A stretch of DNA of 64,000 nt from positions 14,014,001 through 14,078,000 of the forward strand of contig NW_024704743.1 of NCBI RefSeq assembly GCF_018977255.1, given 5' to 3'. The position numbers and the translations under genes were made by a program. The notes beneath the pieces were generated by a model. It was not told where the DNA came from. It searched no databases and saw only the letters and a program-made list of their open reading frames with translations. The DNA comes from Callorhinchus milii (Eukaryota). This document shows positions 39,722 through 52,046 of the stretch, piece after piece (within the stretch, counting starts at the first letter, position 1; each line of letters starts with the position of its first letter).

Positions 39722-40269
39722 GTAGGGTGTTTTTGGGGTGATGCTGCATTAATGTATGCTGTTAATTACTAATTATTTGATTTTAGGAAAGTAACACACA
39801 ACGATTTACTTACTTTGCTTTGATGTAATGCGCAAGAATGTTATTTATTGTAATTGGCCTAACAGAATAGCACTTTGCTGATGCACATAATTTACAGAAT
39901 GTGACTATTCCAGCGTGTTGTGATTGAACGTTTTGACGAGCTTTATATAAAGCTAAGCCCTTCACCTAGCATTAACATCAGCACAATATGATAGACACTG
40001 TGTCAGCCTCGTTAATTGATGGGGTCTGGCACCACTACTTCTGCATGGAATTGATGGGTTATTCTGCATCTTATTGTCATGCAATTCAGCATCTTATAGA
40101 CTTTCATCTAACTTGGCATCTTACCGCTCCTGTTTTCTTCCAACTGACTTATCAGTACGGTATTGTAGTTGTTGGCCAATTTAGGACCATTTTTTAGAGG
40201 TTTTAATTGTTTCTGCTACATCTTGAGCATGCTAACTGCGAAGGGAGAAAATAGCTCATGATTCTGTAT

Positions 40270-40857
40270 GGATGTCTCTTTTCCCGTGGAGGATTGGTTT
40301 AATATATTTTCCCTCACAGTCTCTATGTGTCCCACTCTCTCTGTCTCTCTGTCGCCCATTAGCCTCTCTCTCTCTCTCTCTCTCTCTCTCAGTCTCTCTC
40401 TGTCTGTCTCTCTCTCTCAGTCAGTCTCTCTCAGTCTTTCTCTGTCTCTCCCACAAAAAACAGTCACTACTTTATAATATAGTCTCTCTCTGTCGCTCTC
40501 TCTGTCTCTTTCAGTCTCTCACTATCTCAGTCTCTCTCTCTCTGTCTGCCAGACATGGGAGGACTCTAACTCCCATGATAATCAGAAAAATGTGTGATAC
40601 ATTTGTTACAGAATATAGATGTATCTCTCTGTCACTACGTGCAGAATATGATGGATTCCTCATTTTGGGGCTTAATTAAAGCATTTTTAATGAGGCTCAT
40701 AAACGATAGGAGATCCTCCCGAAAAAGTGTGCCCATGACACAGACAGATGCAAGACCTTTCAGATGAGGTATAAATCGTGCTCTACGTCAATTGGTTATT
40801 GAGTGATTGACGGATACACTGACACACAGACAGACATGGTCGTTTTATTAGTATAGA
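40270..40857 (-). mobile_element. Probable non-autonomous Helitron 5' portion with (CT/CTGT)n microsatellite
   Basis: Minus strand begins A|TCTATACTAATAAAACG...tgtctgtctg, a Helitron-type 5' end; 3' CTRR end not found; left boundary approximate. Confidence 0.55.
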
Positions 40858-42029
40858 TGACTTGCGGGTGGAAGGCAATGTCCCAAAATAGCTTGTTTGA
40901 GATTCATGAAGAATTCTCAGGGTATTTTGTTTTATCAATTTCTTTCCTTTCTTGAAGCCATTTTGTTTTTATTACCTTCAGTTGAGGGTATGGTTCCATA
41001 AATGGGGCTTCCCTTCCCTGACCCCGTTCACCTGAAACACTGAGACTAATTATATAATGTATATACTCTTTCTACTAATCCTTGCAGTTGATATGCAAGT
41101 TAATGGTCACATTTTGATGACAGCCTTATCATTTGTGTGCAGACAGTTCAAGCAGGTTTAAAGGATGCCCCTGGTGAAGGCAGATAACAGAACAGACTTC
41201 TGAAACCACTGTTGCATCATAAATGTGACCGCAGCCGTTTTGACTTTAGATAAGTTTGAGGGTTGTTTCTTGGGAGCTGCTGGCAGGAGCCTGGAGCTAA
41301 AGTAATATCAGAAATAAGCTTCAACAGTCATTGCAAAACCCAATCAGATTGGACGGGTACTAAATTTAGCTCAAAGGAGGGCTTATGGGAGTTTTCAGCT
41401 CAGAGCAATTGACTGTTGGTCACTGACTTATTTATAGATCTAACACAGTACAAATTGAAATGTACAACTGTAATGTTTGTACATCCAAAACACAGTTTTG
41501 ATTCACTAGTTCCTTTTATTTAAACCTTACACTTCCACTCTCTTCCACAATCTGCGCAGTCACTTTCCCAGAATCCTTTTACACTTGCTTGTTTCTTATT
41601 GTCAATGTCCAATTGCCAATTAAGTCATTAAAACAATATGCAACACAACCACAAATTATATTTATATAGCCCCTTTCAAGTTGGGGGGAGGGTGTCCTAA
41701 GGAGCTGGGCAGTTCAGATATGCTGAATTGTGACATGAACAGTTTGGTCCATTCCTAATTTGAATGTGTTTGTATTGTAATTTAGTTTGCATTTGGAACA
41801 AATGCAAGTTTTTTGGGGCCTCATGTTCCAGAACAGCCAGAATAATGTGTTTGTTCCTCTGCCTTCCAAATTTTCTTCTCCCTTGTACCTTCCTCTCCTG
41901 AAAGCACTGACTCATGGAGAGATATGGATGCCGGTAGCTGCCTGCTCTGTGATAACTCACTCACCAGGCACTCATTCTTCATGTGTCGATCTTAGACTGA
42001 GTGTTTTGGTTGGCAGGCTTCTTAATTTA

Positions 42030-42530
42030 TTTATTTATTTTGGTCAGCATGTGTCTGACACCTGTAGAAACCCATCACCGTGCTTAACAGTATCCAAACC
42101 AAACTGAGAATTCCATGCGTCCCACCTACACATGGAAATCCCAGAGATAGATTGTTGGAATGGAATGTGCACTCTTTCCCCAGAAGGACGCATCCTGCTT
42201 ACCTAATTCCGGAAAGTATTAGGCACAGGTTGGCAAGAGCCAAGGCTTGGGGATCCCAGAGTTTGTGTTGAGATACTTCTGGAGTCCAACCAGCTAAAAC
42301 CTACTGATATCACTGTCTGGCAAGCTCTTCTGTCCAGCTAGGACCACCCTTCCCGTTAGAGCTTTGGCTTGAAGTGTTAACAAGAGCTGAGTGGGCGGAT
42401 TCCCTGCCCCCAGTTACTGATCTGTCTTTCTAGGTCCTACCGATGAGCCAAGCCGGCTGCTCTGTCATTAGGAGTGCCCTGGAATACTGTGGATCCGCCT
42501 GGCTAAGGAACTGGACTACTTAGAGAGTCA
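42030..42530 (+). repeat. Unclassified dispersed repeat (further copies at 44600-44850, 46736-47060, 56900-56990)
   Basis: Shared blocks gcttacctaat..aggttggcaaga, ggcttgcagggttaa..gagctgagtg..atccctgc and gaaacccatca..tgcttaa..gtatccaaac. Confidence 0.7.
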
Positions 42531-43625
42531 CAGTGGGAATTGAACTACCTAGACAGCCAGTTCAACTGCAAGGAGACACTGCCCCCCCCCCCCACCCCCC
42601 AGTCAGCCAGGAAGATAGTCACTAATTATTGGTTGTTCAGTATCTAACAAGCGAGGGTTTGAGTCCTCACTAGATGCCAGGATCTCTGAAATGTGCGAGA
42701 GTATTGCCACAATCTTCCCGTTTGTGCACACAGCAGGCTTTTTAACTTGGGGAAGTCACAGGAGCTTTTATATTGCGTGTTTCATAAGCTTCAAAATACA
42801 TACTTTGCTTGTAACAACAGTGCTTTGCATGTAAGATGGTGCTCTCAACATATGTATGGAAAATTTGCAAGTTACTTGATATTGAGGGGCTAATAATGGT
42901 GGAGTATGTGCTAGCATGTCCATTGTGTGCATTGACGGCCAAAATGTAAATTACAATTTTTTTGCAATAGCATCAACAACATTGTTTTGGAATGTAACGC
43001 TCTTTATGATGACTGTTCAGAAGGAAATGTCAGAACCTGTTCCTCCTTCCCCCCAAAAAAAAATCATGTTGCATTGTGTACATGATTAAATACTTTTTGC
43101 CTGCCCTGTGTAAATGAGCACACCTTAGGAGTGGTTGGGAATCAAAGCCATCAATTGGCAGAGTAAAATGGCACTTTTTCATCAGTATAAACTTCTAGCT
43201 TTACGAAGGTTGGAGCATCTATGTTGTCTTGGGTGGCCATTCTGTGGTTTGCGAAAGGTCGTTTTTAACAACGTGCAAATGGTACGTTGCTGTTCTTGCT
43301 TGTGCTTGAACTCGAAGGTGCTTGTTGCATAGATGTTGTCAAAGATAGGGCTGAGGATGGTTATGAAATCAAAAGTATTTTACTTGTTTTCAGCCAAGAC
43401 TATTTAAAAAAAATTGAATGGTAACTCTCGGTGCAGCTTATTCCGTGATTACATTCTCTAACTTAATGCCACTCTCCACAGCCCCACAAATACTGCTGAA
43501 TAATTTTATTGAACAATATTTTGCCTTGTTTTCTCTTCTCCCAGCATGTTTGAATGTGACAGGTATGATTTAGTCCCTGTGTGTTGTCTTCTTTTCCTAA
43601 TTTCTCTTCACTGTCTTCCTCCCAG

Positions 43626-43676
43626 GAGAATACAGAGCGTGCCAAGCATTCTCATAAGTCTGGCCGATATCATCTG
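43626..43676 (+). CDS. LRRFIP2: LRRFIP2 exon 5 (51 nt, or 55 nt to 43680): ENTERAKHSHKSGRYHL
   Basis: Similar to recalled human EDSERARYSHRSSHHRPYL; strong acceptor gtcttcctcccag; donor CTG|GTTTGT (alternative TTT|GTAAAC). Confidence 0.85.
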
Positions 43677-43765
43677 GTTTGTAAACTCTTCTTTCTTGCT
43701 ATTTCTTTACTTCCATGAGTCCCAACTATTTTAATTTATTTTCTGTTTTATTGTGTGTTATTGAG

Positions 43766-43809
43766 CAACTGTGGATAATGAATCTTATTGCAGTTCTAGC
43801 AGCCAAAGG
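43766..43809 (+). CDS. LRRFIP2: Probable LRRFIP2 exon 6 (44 nt as written): xTVDNESYCSSSSQR
   Basis: Position, size and S-rich ...SQR end fit recalled human GVEDALSIRSVGSHR; donor AGG|GTTAGC; acceptor phase is anomalous (see findings). Confidence 0.55.
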
Positions 43810-45740
43810 GTTAGCACTTCGGATCAGCCGTGCTGATCAGTTTTAACTTACTATGTAATTTGGTATGTGTGCCATTTTCTGTCCACCCACTTTTATTAGT
43901 GAGACATGCCACTGTTATTATGTGCTTCACTCTGATGTAGGGGTCTACTTTGCAATTTTCTCAATTGGATAGAAACTCTATTTGATTGTTCCTGTTTGCG
44001 AGTATGGCAAGTCCTGTAATTTCCAAGATTAGCAAATTCATTGACAAAGTACTGGGAACAAAAACAGACATTTGCATTTTACTCTTTATTCTTTTTTGTT
44101 TTACAAACTTTTTGCCAGCTTTCGTAAATTGAAATTGCATTTGTGAATGTCCCAAGTTAGCCTGCTTTTAACACGATGCCATTCGGGTTGCAGTTAGCAT
44201 TTTGAATTGTATTTGGGAGTATTTCAGAGCTGATTCTAAAAATAATTCAGACTGTCCACAAGTAGAACACTGATAACGGCAATGTGGCTTCATTACTTAA
44301 AGTAATATTGTTCTTATTTTATCTGTTACTGGATATATTTTAAACTAGTTCTGTGTGAGTTAAAGATTTCATTTGAGATTTGCTCGTAGAATGGAATGGT
44401 ATAACTAGAAGCTGACTTGGAGGAGGTACGATTCTAGCCTCTGATGTCTTGGTTTTAGCCAGTAACACAATTTTGTTATAAAATTTAAGATCATGCAGCA
44501 TTGTGAAATTATAGCTGATCTGAAGTTCAAACCCTTCGGCTGCTAGAACTGCACAAGATGCATCATCATGTTCTACGTACATATATATACCACCAATTCA
44601 TGGAAATTTCTCTTTCTCTAGAATGGAATGTACACTTAGAGGGTCACAGCTTGCTTACCTAATTATGAAGAATATTAGGTGCAGGTTGGCAAGAACCAAT
44701 ACTTCCTGGAGTTTAACCAGCTTAAAAACTCACAACTTACCATCGAGAGCACTGCCTGCCTTTCTAGCTAAGACCATCCTGCCTTTCAGGGTGTTGGCTT
44801 GCAGGGTTAACAGGAGCCGAGTGGGAAGAATCCCTGCTCCCAGTAAATTCTGCTCCCAGAATAAATTGGGATGTTTATAAGGGAGACAGATACTTGGGAT
44901 CAAAGGGTAATAACATGTAGAGAAGAGATGGAGAAATGGCTGTCAAAATGGCTGACTTCTGAGTCTTCAAGTTGCCACCACCATCCCTTCCCTGTAGCGA
45001 GTAGGGAGCGACACTGTTGACTTCATGATCTGGAAGTCATCAAATTTAGCTTCCTCTGGCTTCCTGTTTGTCAGCCTTCTGTCAAAATTGACATCTTGCA
45101 CGTTGCTCTCTACTCACTATAGGGACGGAGTGATAGAGACAACGTGAGGACTCATCTTTCTGCCAGAATGAACAGTGAATGTGGAAGCATTGAGCGCAAG
45201 CGCTTGAGCCTTTTCATAGTGCTGCTTGAGATTTTATATATGGGCCTAGACAGTGGGTGTCAATGGGCTAGTCAACGAGTGTTGTCCAGCAACTTTTCCC
45301 TCCCTGCCCTCTCCCCATCCTTTCTGGTCAGACTTATCTGTTTATGATTTAAATAACATACTTGTGATTTGAATTGTGAAATATGCAAATCTCCACCCTG
45401 AGTAATATTTTGGGAGGTTTAAAGCAGATTAATATTTTTGTTAAGGTTTTTACGGATTGAGTGCAGATTATAATCTGTTTTTTGTTCAAAGCACACCTCC
45501 AGTGATCTGGGCGGATCCTACAGAAGCAGTTCAAGGCGAAAAGACTATGTGGTTTGTGCAGTAGCAATTTATGTTAGGATACCAAGGAGCATGCATTAAA
45601 TTGATTGCGGCCAATAATGATTCACAGTAAAAGAATTTCTGCAAGTTGTATGTGTGTGTTTTTTTATCTCTCCATTTTTACTAACTTGAGTGGTTCTGAG
45701 CTGGCAAGACTGAATTTCTTGAAAATCACATCATGCATAC

Positions 45741-46372
45741 TTTATGGAGTCCTGTAGCTTAGTGGTTAGAGCACTCGCCTCACAAGCAAGAGGACCTGGG
45801 TTCGATTCCCGGGCAATGTGAAACCATGGGCATGTTTCCTTATTCCATATGCCCCTGTTTATCGAGCTTTTCCGGAGGCAATCATCCCTTCAAAAAATAA
45901 AAATTTTAATTTGGTCACTTAATCCACGACTGTTTATGGGACACTGCTGTGAGCAATTGGCTTCTGCGTTTTGCCCACAAAACATGCAATCAATTCACAT
46001 TACAGTATATTAGAACATTTGCCGCGCAAGCGAGAGACCTGGGTTTGATTCCTGGCAGGGCGAAAACTTGGGCAAGTTTCCTTACTCCACATGCCTGATA
46101 ATGATCCCTCAGGAAATAAATAAACAAAATAAGAATTTGGTCACTCAATCCATGACTGTTTATGGGACACTGCTGTGTGCAATTGGCTGCCACGTTTTGC
46201 CCACAAATATACAGTCAATTCACTTTACAGTATATTCTGTGGAGTACTTTGAGTCGTCTAGAAGACGTGAAATGTGCTATAACAAAAGCAAGGATTATTA
46301 TTCTGTGAAGCGCTATGAGACGTCCCAAAGACGTGTTAAGGCACTATATCAAATGCAAGGATTATTATTATT
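45741..46372 (+). mobile_element. Two head-to-tail SINE copies with a duplicated tail
   Basis: The head recurs at about 46020; the tail occurs twice (about 46240-46300 and 46300-46372). Confidence 0.8.
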
Positions 46373-48093
46373 AATATTTGTGAAGCTCACTTACAGTAAC
46401 ATGCACAATCTCCTTTTGTTTAACCTTTAATACTGGGTCTCTATCCCCAACCACTCAAAATAATACTGTAGTGTGATTCAGTATAATGCCTTGACACTGA
46501 ACAAAACAACTACCCCTCTGGAAATAATGAACTCTATTCAGAGGAATACATCAGGTTGAGGCTCTCTTAGTAGTCTTATCTTCCTGCATTATTTCTATGG
46601 CTACCATTCATGGTCCAGTGGATTAATGTTTCAAATAGCTATGTTGTGGCTCTTAGCTGGTTTGATATTTCTTCACACAGATGCTTGACAAAAAATGGAC
46701 TACACTTCCCCAGAAGGCCATAGAGGCAGAATGCATTGGAAGGGCAGGGATTCTAATCACTCAGCTCCCATTAACCCTGCAAGCCAAAGCCATAACTGAT
46801 AGGGTATATTGTGTATTGTGGTACTCCAGAAGTTTAACCACCTAAAACAGCATAACTTGCCATTGAGAGGACGGTTTGGCAAGGTTTTCCGCTGTTTGTC
46901 CAGGAAGGACCACCCTATCAGGACCACCCTACCACCATTGGGAGCTGAGTGATTAGAATCCCTGCCCTTCCAAGACCTGCTGATGAGCCAGGCTGACTGG
47001 ACTGACATCAGCAGCATCCTGGAATACTACAGACCTACCTGGCTCAGGAACTACCAAGATTCCAACATTCTGTTCCTAAGCATGTCACGTTGGTGCTGGC
47101 TCAGCTCCAAGGAAACCTTGCTTACCTTTATCTTCTCCTTTTCCACCAACGGATAGTCAAACTGATCATGCAATTCTCTGGTGAACCTCAACTGCCATCA
47201 CACACAGGTGGAAGCCCATCATGGTGCTTTAAGCCCTTACCTAAATAGTTTTATACAATATAATTGTAATTCCTTCAGAATCGTTTTAAGTTGCTTAAAG
47301 CAAAAAAAATGATGGCGTCTAGCTTAATTACTGAAATGTTTGGCCTCTGCTCAAAAGCCCACTGCTTCATTTCTTGCCAGCAGGCATGTTCAAGAAGCTA
47401 TTTTCTTTCTGAAGGGAATTTCTCTTGTCCAGCAAAAGAGTATCTTATAATTGTCGCTTGTGTGGTCGATTTTCCATTAACATGCACTGAGAACTGATTG
47501 GTGAATGTTTTCTTGAGTGTGTTGTTCATTACGTGGCAAAATACTTTGCATTTCTTTGTTCTAAGAGAGCTGAAAGCAAAGCTTGGAGTGTTTTATAATC
47601 ATCATTGAAACGGCTTATTTTAACTTACACTGGAAGTTTCTCTCTGCAGTCGACCTGTGTGGGGTGAAGCACCTATATTGGGAATATGATGGCTTCCCAA
47701 CAAATTGAATGTGCACCTACATGAAGTGGAATTTTGTGTCTGGTGCTGATTGACTGCATGTTGGGTTGTGTTAGATTGCTTCTCATAGAATGGACTGAGT
47801 TCTTTTGTTCTTGAGACTTTCCTCACTAAAGTGCACCACCTTTAGGCTAAACATAGAGTATTGGTGATTGTACAGTGGAATTTGTGGCTTGAACATCTGA
47901 CCTCAGTGTTCAAGGAGTAAACCGATTCACCAGGCCTTTGGTTTTGTGATTCGTTGAGGTGTTAGGTGGAAGAATGCAACCGCATGTGCTGACGTTTTAT
48001 GTCTCATTGATATTTCTTAATTCACTCATCTGTCTGTCTTCTATCATTTCTTGCTCATCTTTTGATCTAATTTTCCTTTTCATTGGTTTATAG

Positions 48094-48144
48094 TCTTCTG
48101 ATGTAAAGGACAAGTCATCCCAGTTCAAGAAACTCTCCCAAGCT
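48094..48144 (+). CDS. LRRFIP2: LRRFIP2 exon 7 (51 nt): SSDVKDKSSQFKKLSQA
   Basis: KDKSS resembles recalled human KDRSS; pyrimidine tract with TAG; donor GCT|GTATGC; phase 0. Confidence 0.75.
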
Positions 48145-48537
48145 GTATGCAATCACTGCTTTGTTGTTATCTTGGCTGCATGGGGTGTTTTATCTGTGCG
48201 TGTGTGTGTATGTGTGCGTGCGCGTGTATGCTTCGAAAGAAAGGCTCAAATTGTCTTTCAAAGATGGGCACTAGCCACAAATGCAAGTTACTATTCACCA
48301 TGTGGAAGTTTTTAGATTGCATAGTACAATGGCACCCTTTCTGGAGAACTTCATCTGAAACATGTGTTCAGATTATTCAGCTGTTACCGTTTTCTCAATG
48401 TTTCTATTCTTCCACATTTAAGTTTATTTAAGAGGGCCAGGGTGGAGGGCAAGAGCAGGCATTTGGTTGTGCTGCATGGGTTATGTACATATTTGGCTCC
48501 TTTTATAACGATTCTTTAATTTGCTTTTCACTCTCAG

Positions 48538-48603
48538 AACTCAGTTTACAGTGATCGCCTCGCTGCCAAGAAGACGCTCTCTAGTTCTAATAAAGACCTA
48601 CTG
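48538..48603 (+). CDS. LRRFIP2: LRRFIP2 exon 8 (66 nt): NSVYSDRLAAKKTLSSSNKDLL
   Basis: KK..S.S.KDLL matches recalled human KKRSSDSHKDLL; acceptor ttttcactctcag; donor CTG|GTTAGT. Confidence 0.88.
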
Positions 48604-48866
48604 GTTAGTTGAGCGGTGCTATATCTGTTTGTTAAATGAGGCAAAGTCCCCAAGCTTCTGTGAAACACTGGGACCCTGAGATGGATTTATTTTTGTCTGC
48701 CTCGTACAATGCTTTAGCGAGGACAAGCATCGTTCTCAATTAGTCGTCTTAATGATGGTGTTTATGCTGGAGTTGTGATAATATTGAGATTTGTTTTGAC
48801 TTGATTCTATGTGATTTGGCAACGGTGCTATATGCATTCATACGTTCTATGATTTGCTTTTTGCAG

Positions 48867-48935
48867 AGTGGAATGTACTACGATCAAAGAAACTACAGCA
48901 CCCTGCGTAACTCTAAACTGCACTCCTACAGTCGG
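48867..48935 (+). CDS. LRRFIP2: LRRFIP2 exon 9 (69 nt): SGMYYDQRNYSTLRNSKLHSYSR
   Basis: Close to recalled human SGLYFDQRNYSSLRHSK; acceptor tttttgcag; donor CGG|GTCTGT. Confidence 0.92.
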
Positions 48936-49389
48936 GTCTGTCCTTTTATTAGTTTCACAATGATTCATGCAGACTGGCCTTGGTGTTTTTGGAGATCGCC
49001 TTCAAACTTGTTTTGTATTTTGTTTTGCTTTAACCCTTTTCAGTCCTGAAAAGTTTTTGGTTTCCCACCTGACGTCAAGCTTTATAAATCTCAGGATTTG
49101 CTTGAGAAATATTTCCTTTGATCCTGCATTTAATAATTAGTACTGTGCATGTGCCATTGTGGACTGCATGTAAATGTTCTCTCCATGTTTATTTTGGTGA
49201 AGATATTTTGTAAAATATTGAATATAGTTCAAAATGTCCCAAAAAGCAATGATTTTGCTTAAATGATGGCTTTTGTATAACTTTTGTCATTGCGTCCACC
49301 ACTTGAGCTGGTAGAATGGCCTCCAGCACTGTAAACCTTCTAAAAGTGGATGACTTGGGAGTCCAACTTACTATTTCTCCACTAATTCC

Positions 49390-49730
49390 ACATGAACTGT
49401 GTTTTTACTGTCCAATCTGAAACTAAGCCACCCAGATCAAGAATGACTAAGAGCTGTGCTGAGTTAGTTGACATCAACACACGATTTTAATACCCTGGCT
49501 TGGGAGTGGGAAAAAATGACCAGGATTTTTGCTTCTGATTGTTCTCCTGTGATTGTTTCTGGAGAGTGCTATGTGTGGCAGATGCCAGCTGAGGACCAGA
49601 TCAGGTTCTATCAGTGTCCTATCAACCGCTGAACAGCGTTCAGTGTCCAGGCTTGCACATGAAGAATGGGTGAAGTCTCAGAGGTCAATTTCCTCCTATG
49701 GAGCCTCACCCCAAATTGTGTTGACATCCT
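49390..49730 (+). mobile_element. Ancient UCON3-like SINE (degenerate minus-strand copies near 6470-6720, 25040-25170, 28760-29010, 39190-39505, 61480-61650)
   Basis: ctgtgctgagttagttga...ccctggcttgggag...cagtgtccaggcttgcacatgaagaatgg resembles the UCON3 consensus as I recall it. Confidence 0.5.
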
Positions 49731-50139
49731 GTACGCTTGATGACAAGCTATAAATAATCAGACTAACCAGTTGATTGTCATATTCTTTATCATTACATTT
49801 GGGGAGGGGGGTGGGGGTTTGGTGGGGGAGGTTAATTTCAATACAAATTGTGGACAAATGCAGCCTTTAGTTGTCTTTTCCCTCTTCTCCTCCTGCTGAT
49901 ATTTTGTTTTTTGTAACTAGAAAAGTGCAAAAAGCCTGCCAGAGGATTGCCCTCATCATTAACTACATGTGGTAATTGAAGCATAAACAAGCATATTCAG
50001 CTAGAAATGGTGCTTCAGTGCTGTCACTTTTTACTATTGTCAGTGAAATTGTCACACCCCTCCTTCCCCCAGCAGCCCGTCATGCTCCGTCACTGTCAAA
50101 CACTCTGGGACGCTACCCTGTGTGAGGGGTGCTCTATTC

Positions 50140-50605
50140 AATACAAAATTAAATTTGTAAAGCACCTTTCATGTCAAGGAGGACGTCCCAAGGTACTGGA
50201 CAGTCAAGGATTTGGACCTAAGCAGGAAGGTTTGGGATCAGCGAGGGTGGAGGGTAGGAGGGAAGACCGAAGGCGCAGTTGAAGAGGAAGGTCTTGAGAT
50301 GTGCCTTGAAGGAGGCAAGAGATAGAGCGAGGCAAAAGGAATATGGGATGGAGTGGCAAAAGGTGTTGGTAGCGAGGCTGAAGGGCCGACCGACAACGGT
50401 GGGGCACGCCGGGCGGGGGATGTGGAGCAGGCCAGAGCCTGCTGAATGGAGTGCGTGGACAGGTTGATAAGGGGTTACCAGGTCGGAGAGGTAGGAGGGG
50501 GCAATGCCATGGAGGGCCTTGAAGGCGAGGACTAGAATTTTGAACTCTATCCTCTGAGGGATGGGGAGCCAGTGGAGCCGGGCGAGGGTGGATGTGCGGG
50601 AGAGA
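50140..50605 (-). mobile_element. L2 LINE 3' end
   Basis: LARLHWLPIPQRIEFKILVLAFKALHG motif and L2 tail. Confidence 0.9.
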
Positions 50606-51372
50606 ACATGAATATAAATGCGAGTTGTTGTTGATAACAAAATACTTTCACCCAGAGTAAAACATTCCTGCCCCATTCTTCTCTTTCCTCCTCCTCCCAT
50701 TTTGTTTTTCTATTTGCTCCCTTTCATATATTTTCTCACTGAATTATTTTTTTGGAAATTAATCCTAATTCATTTGTTTTGTTTTTAAAGTACTGTACAA
50801 TGCTGTACAGTACTTTAACACGGACCAGAAATCCTTGGGCTGGATATCCTTGGGCAATTAAGAGGAATGTGTTGATGTGCTAACTTTAGTTTGGAACACA
50901 CGGCTCTAGCACTTTGGCTCACAATTATGCTTGCAACGCTTCTTAAGGGCAATATTTAAGACCTTTTCTGATGAATATTAAGGAATCTGTATTTTTTTTT
51001 CTGTCATCAATTTGGGAACACTTCTGTAGGACGACATTGCATTTTAATGTAATATTAAGTTTCTGATCAAACCATACAATTCCCTAGATACTACTAATTA
51101 GTCATCACCTTCGGTTCCTTTCTGAAGGATATCCTGCAAAGCTATGTGCTTTTTTATTTGCAATCTTGTAAACTGCAGAAATCATAAGAATACACTTAGT
51201 CCTGATCAAAATCTGCAGTTTCAGCAGTCAGAGAGTCTAGAATGAGTTCCTCCAGAACTGCTGTGAACTGCAAACTTCACCATCCAGAGGAAGGACTGTG
51301 CCTTTCACAGGGAGAATAGGACCCTCAACTTGTAGCCATAATACAAGTCCTGCCCTTTCTGTAATTTGTCAT

Positions 51373-51786
51373 TAGTGTTGTATTGCTCGTGACCTGGGCT
51401 AATAGAAAAGTGTGGAAATATTTGCCAAAAATGCGGGACATTTTGGCAAATTTAGCAGTGGAGTTTTAACAGGGGTGGGCACCAGCAAGGCTACAGGAGC
51501 TCACCACCTCCAGCCTTTCTCAGAGTCTGGCACCGCACACAGACGAGTGAGTGAGACACACTCATAGAATGAGAGACACACACTCAGAGACCCAGAGAGA
51601 GACACAGACACACAAACACGCATACACAGACACACTCACACAGACACTCACAAACACATAGAGACAGATACACACACATGGACTACATGTTTAGCTCGTT
51701 TGCAGCAGAGGAGGGCATTTGTAGCGGATTCCACTGAAAAAGTGCGGCCGCACTTTTCTGTTGGCCCAGATTATGACCCAGCACTT
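51373..51786. mobile_element. Old MITE-like element with degenerate TIRs and internal (CA/GA) repeat
   Basis: 51387-51415 matches the reverse complement of 51748-51776 at 23 of 29 positions; outer ends agtgttg / cagcact. Confidence 0.45.
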
Positions 51787-51890
51787 TCAGTGTATTAAAT
51801 CCATTGATCTAAATGGTTATAGTAATTGCATGATTAATTTTGAATGCACAATTGTAATTAATTGAGATTTTTCCTCCATTTCCAATACAG

Positions 51891-51938
51891 CCTTCTTCAT
51901 TATATAGTGATCCAATAGCAACAACAAAAAGCTATAGG
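51891..51938 (+). CDS. LRRFIP2: LRRFIP2 exon 10 copy a (48 nt): PSSLYSDPIATTKSYR
   Basis: Matches recalled human QSSSLYSDPLATYKSDR; ACAG| acceptor and AGG|GTTAGT donor. Confidence 0.9.
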
Positions 51939-52046
51939 GTTAGTATCACCTGCTTGACACCAGGTCTCATTCTATTGGAAAATATTTGCCTGTTTTACAA
52001 TTCATTTAAAAAAATGTTCATTCAAGTTTTTTTATTTTCATCACAG

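Noticed and set aside
45123..45143. Possible 21-nt microexon (GRSDRDN)
   Set aside because: Modest splice signals and no homology support.
46975..47015. CTGATGAG followed by a stem, suggesting a second hammerhead
   Set aside because: No GAAA box follows stem II; the segment forms a simple hairpin instead.
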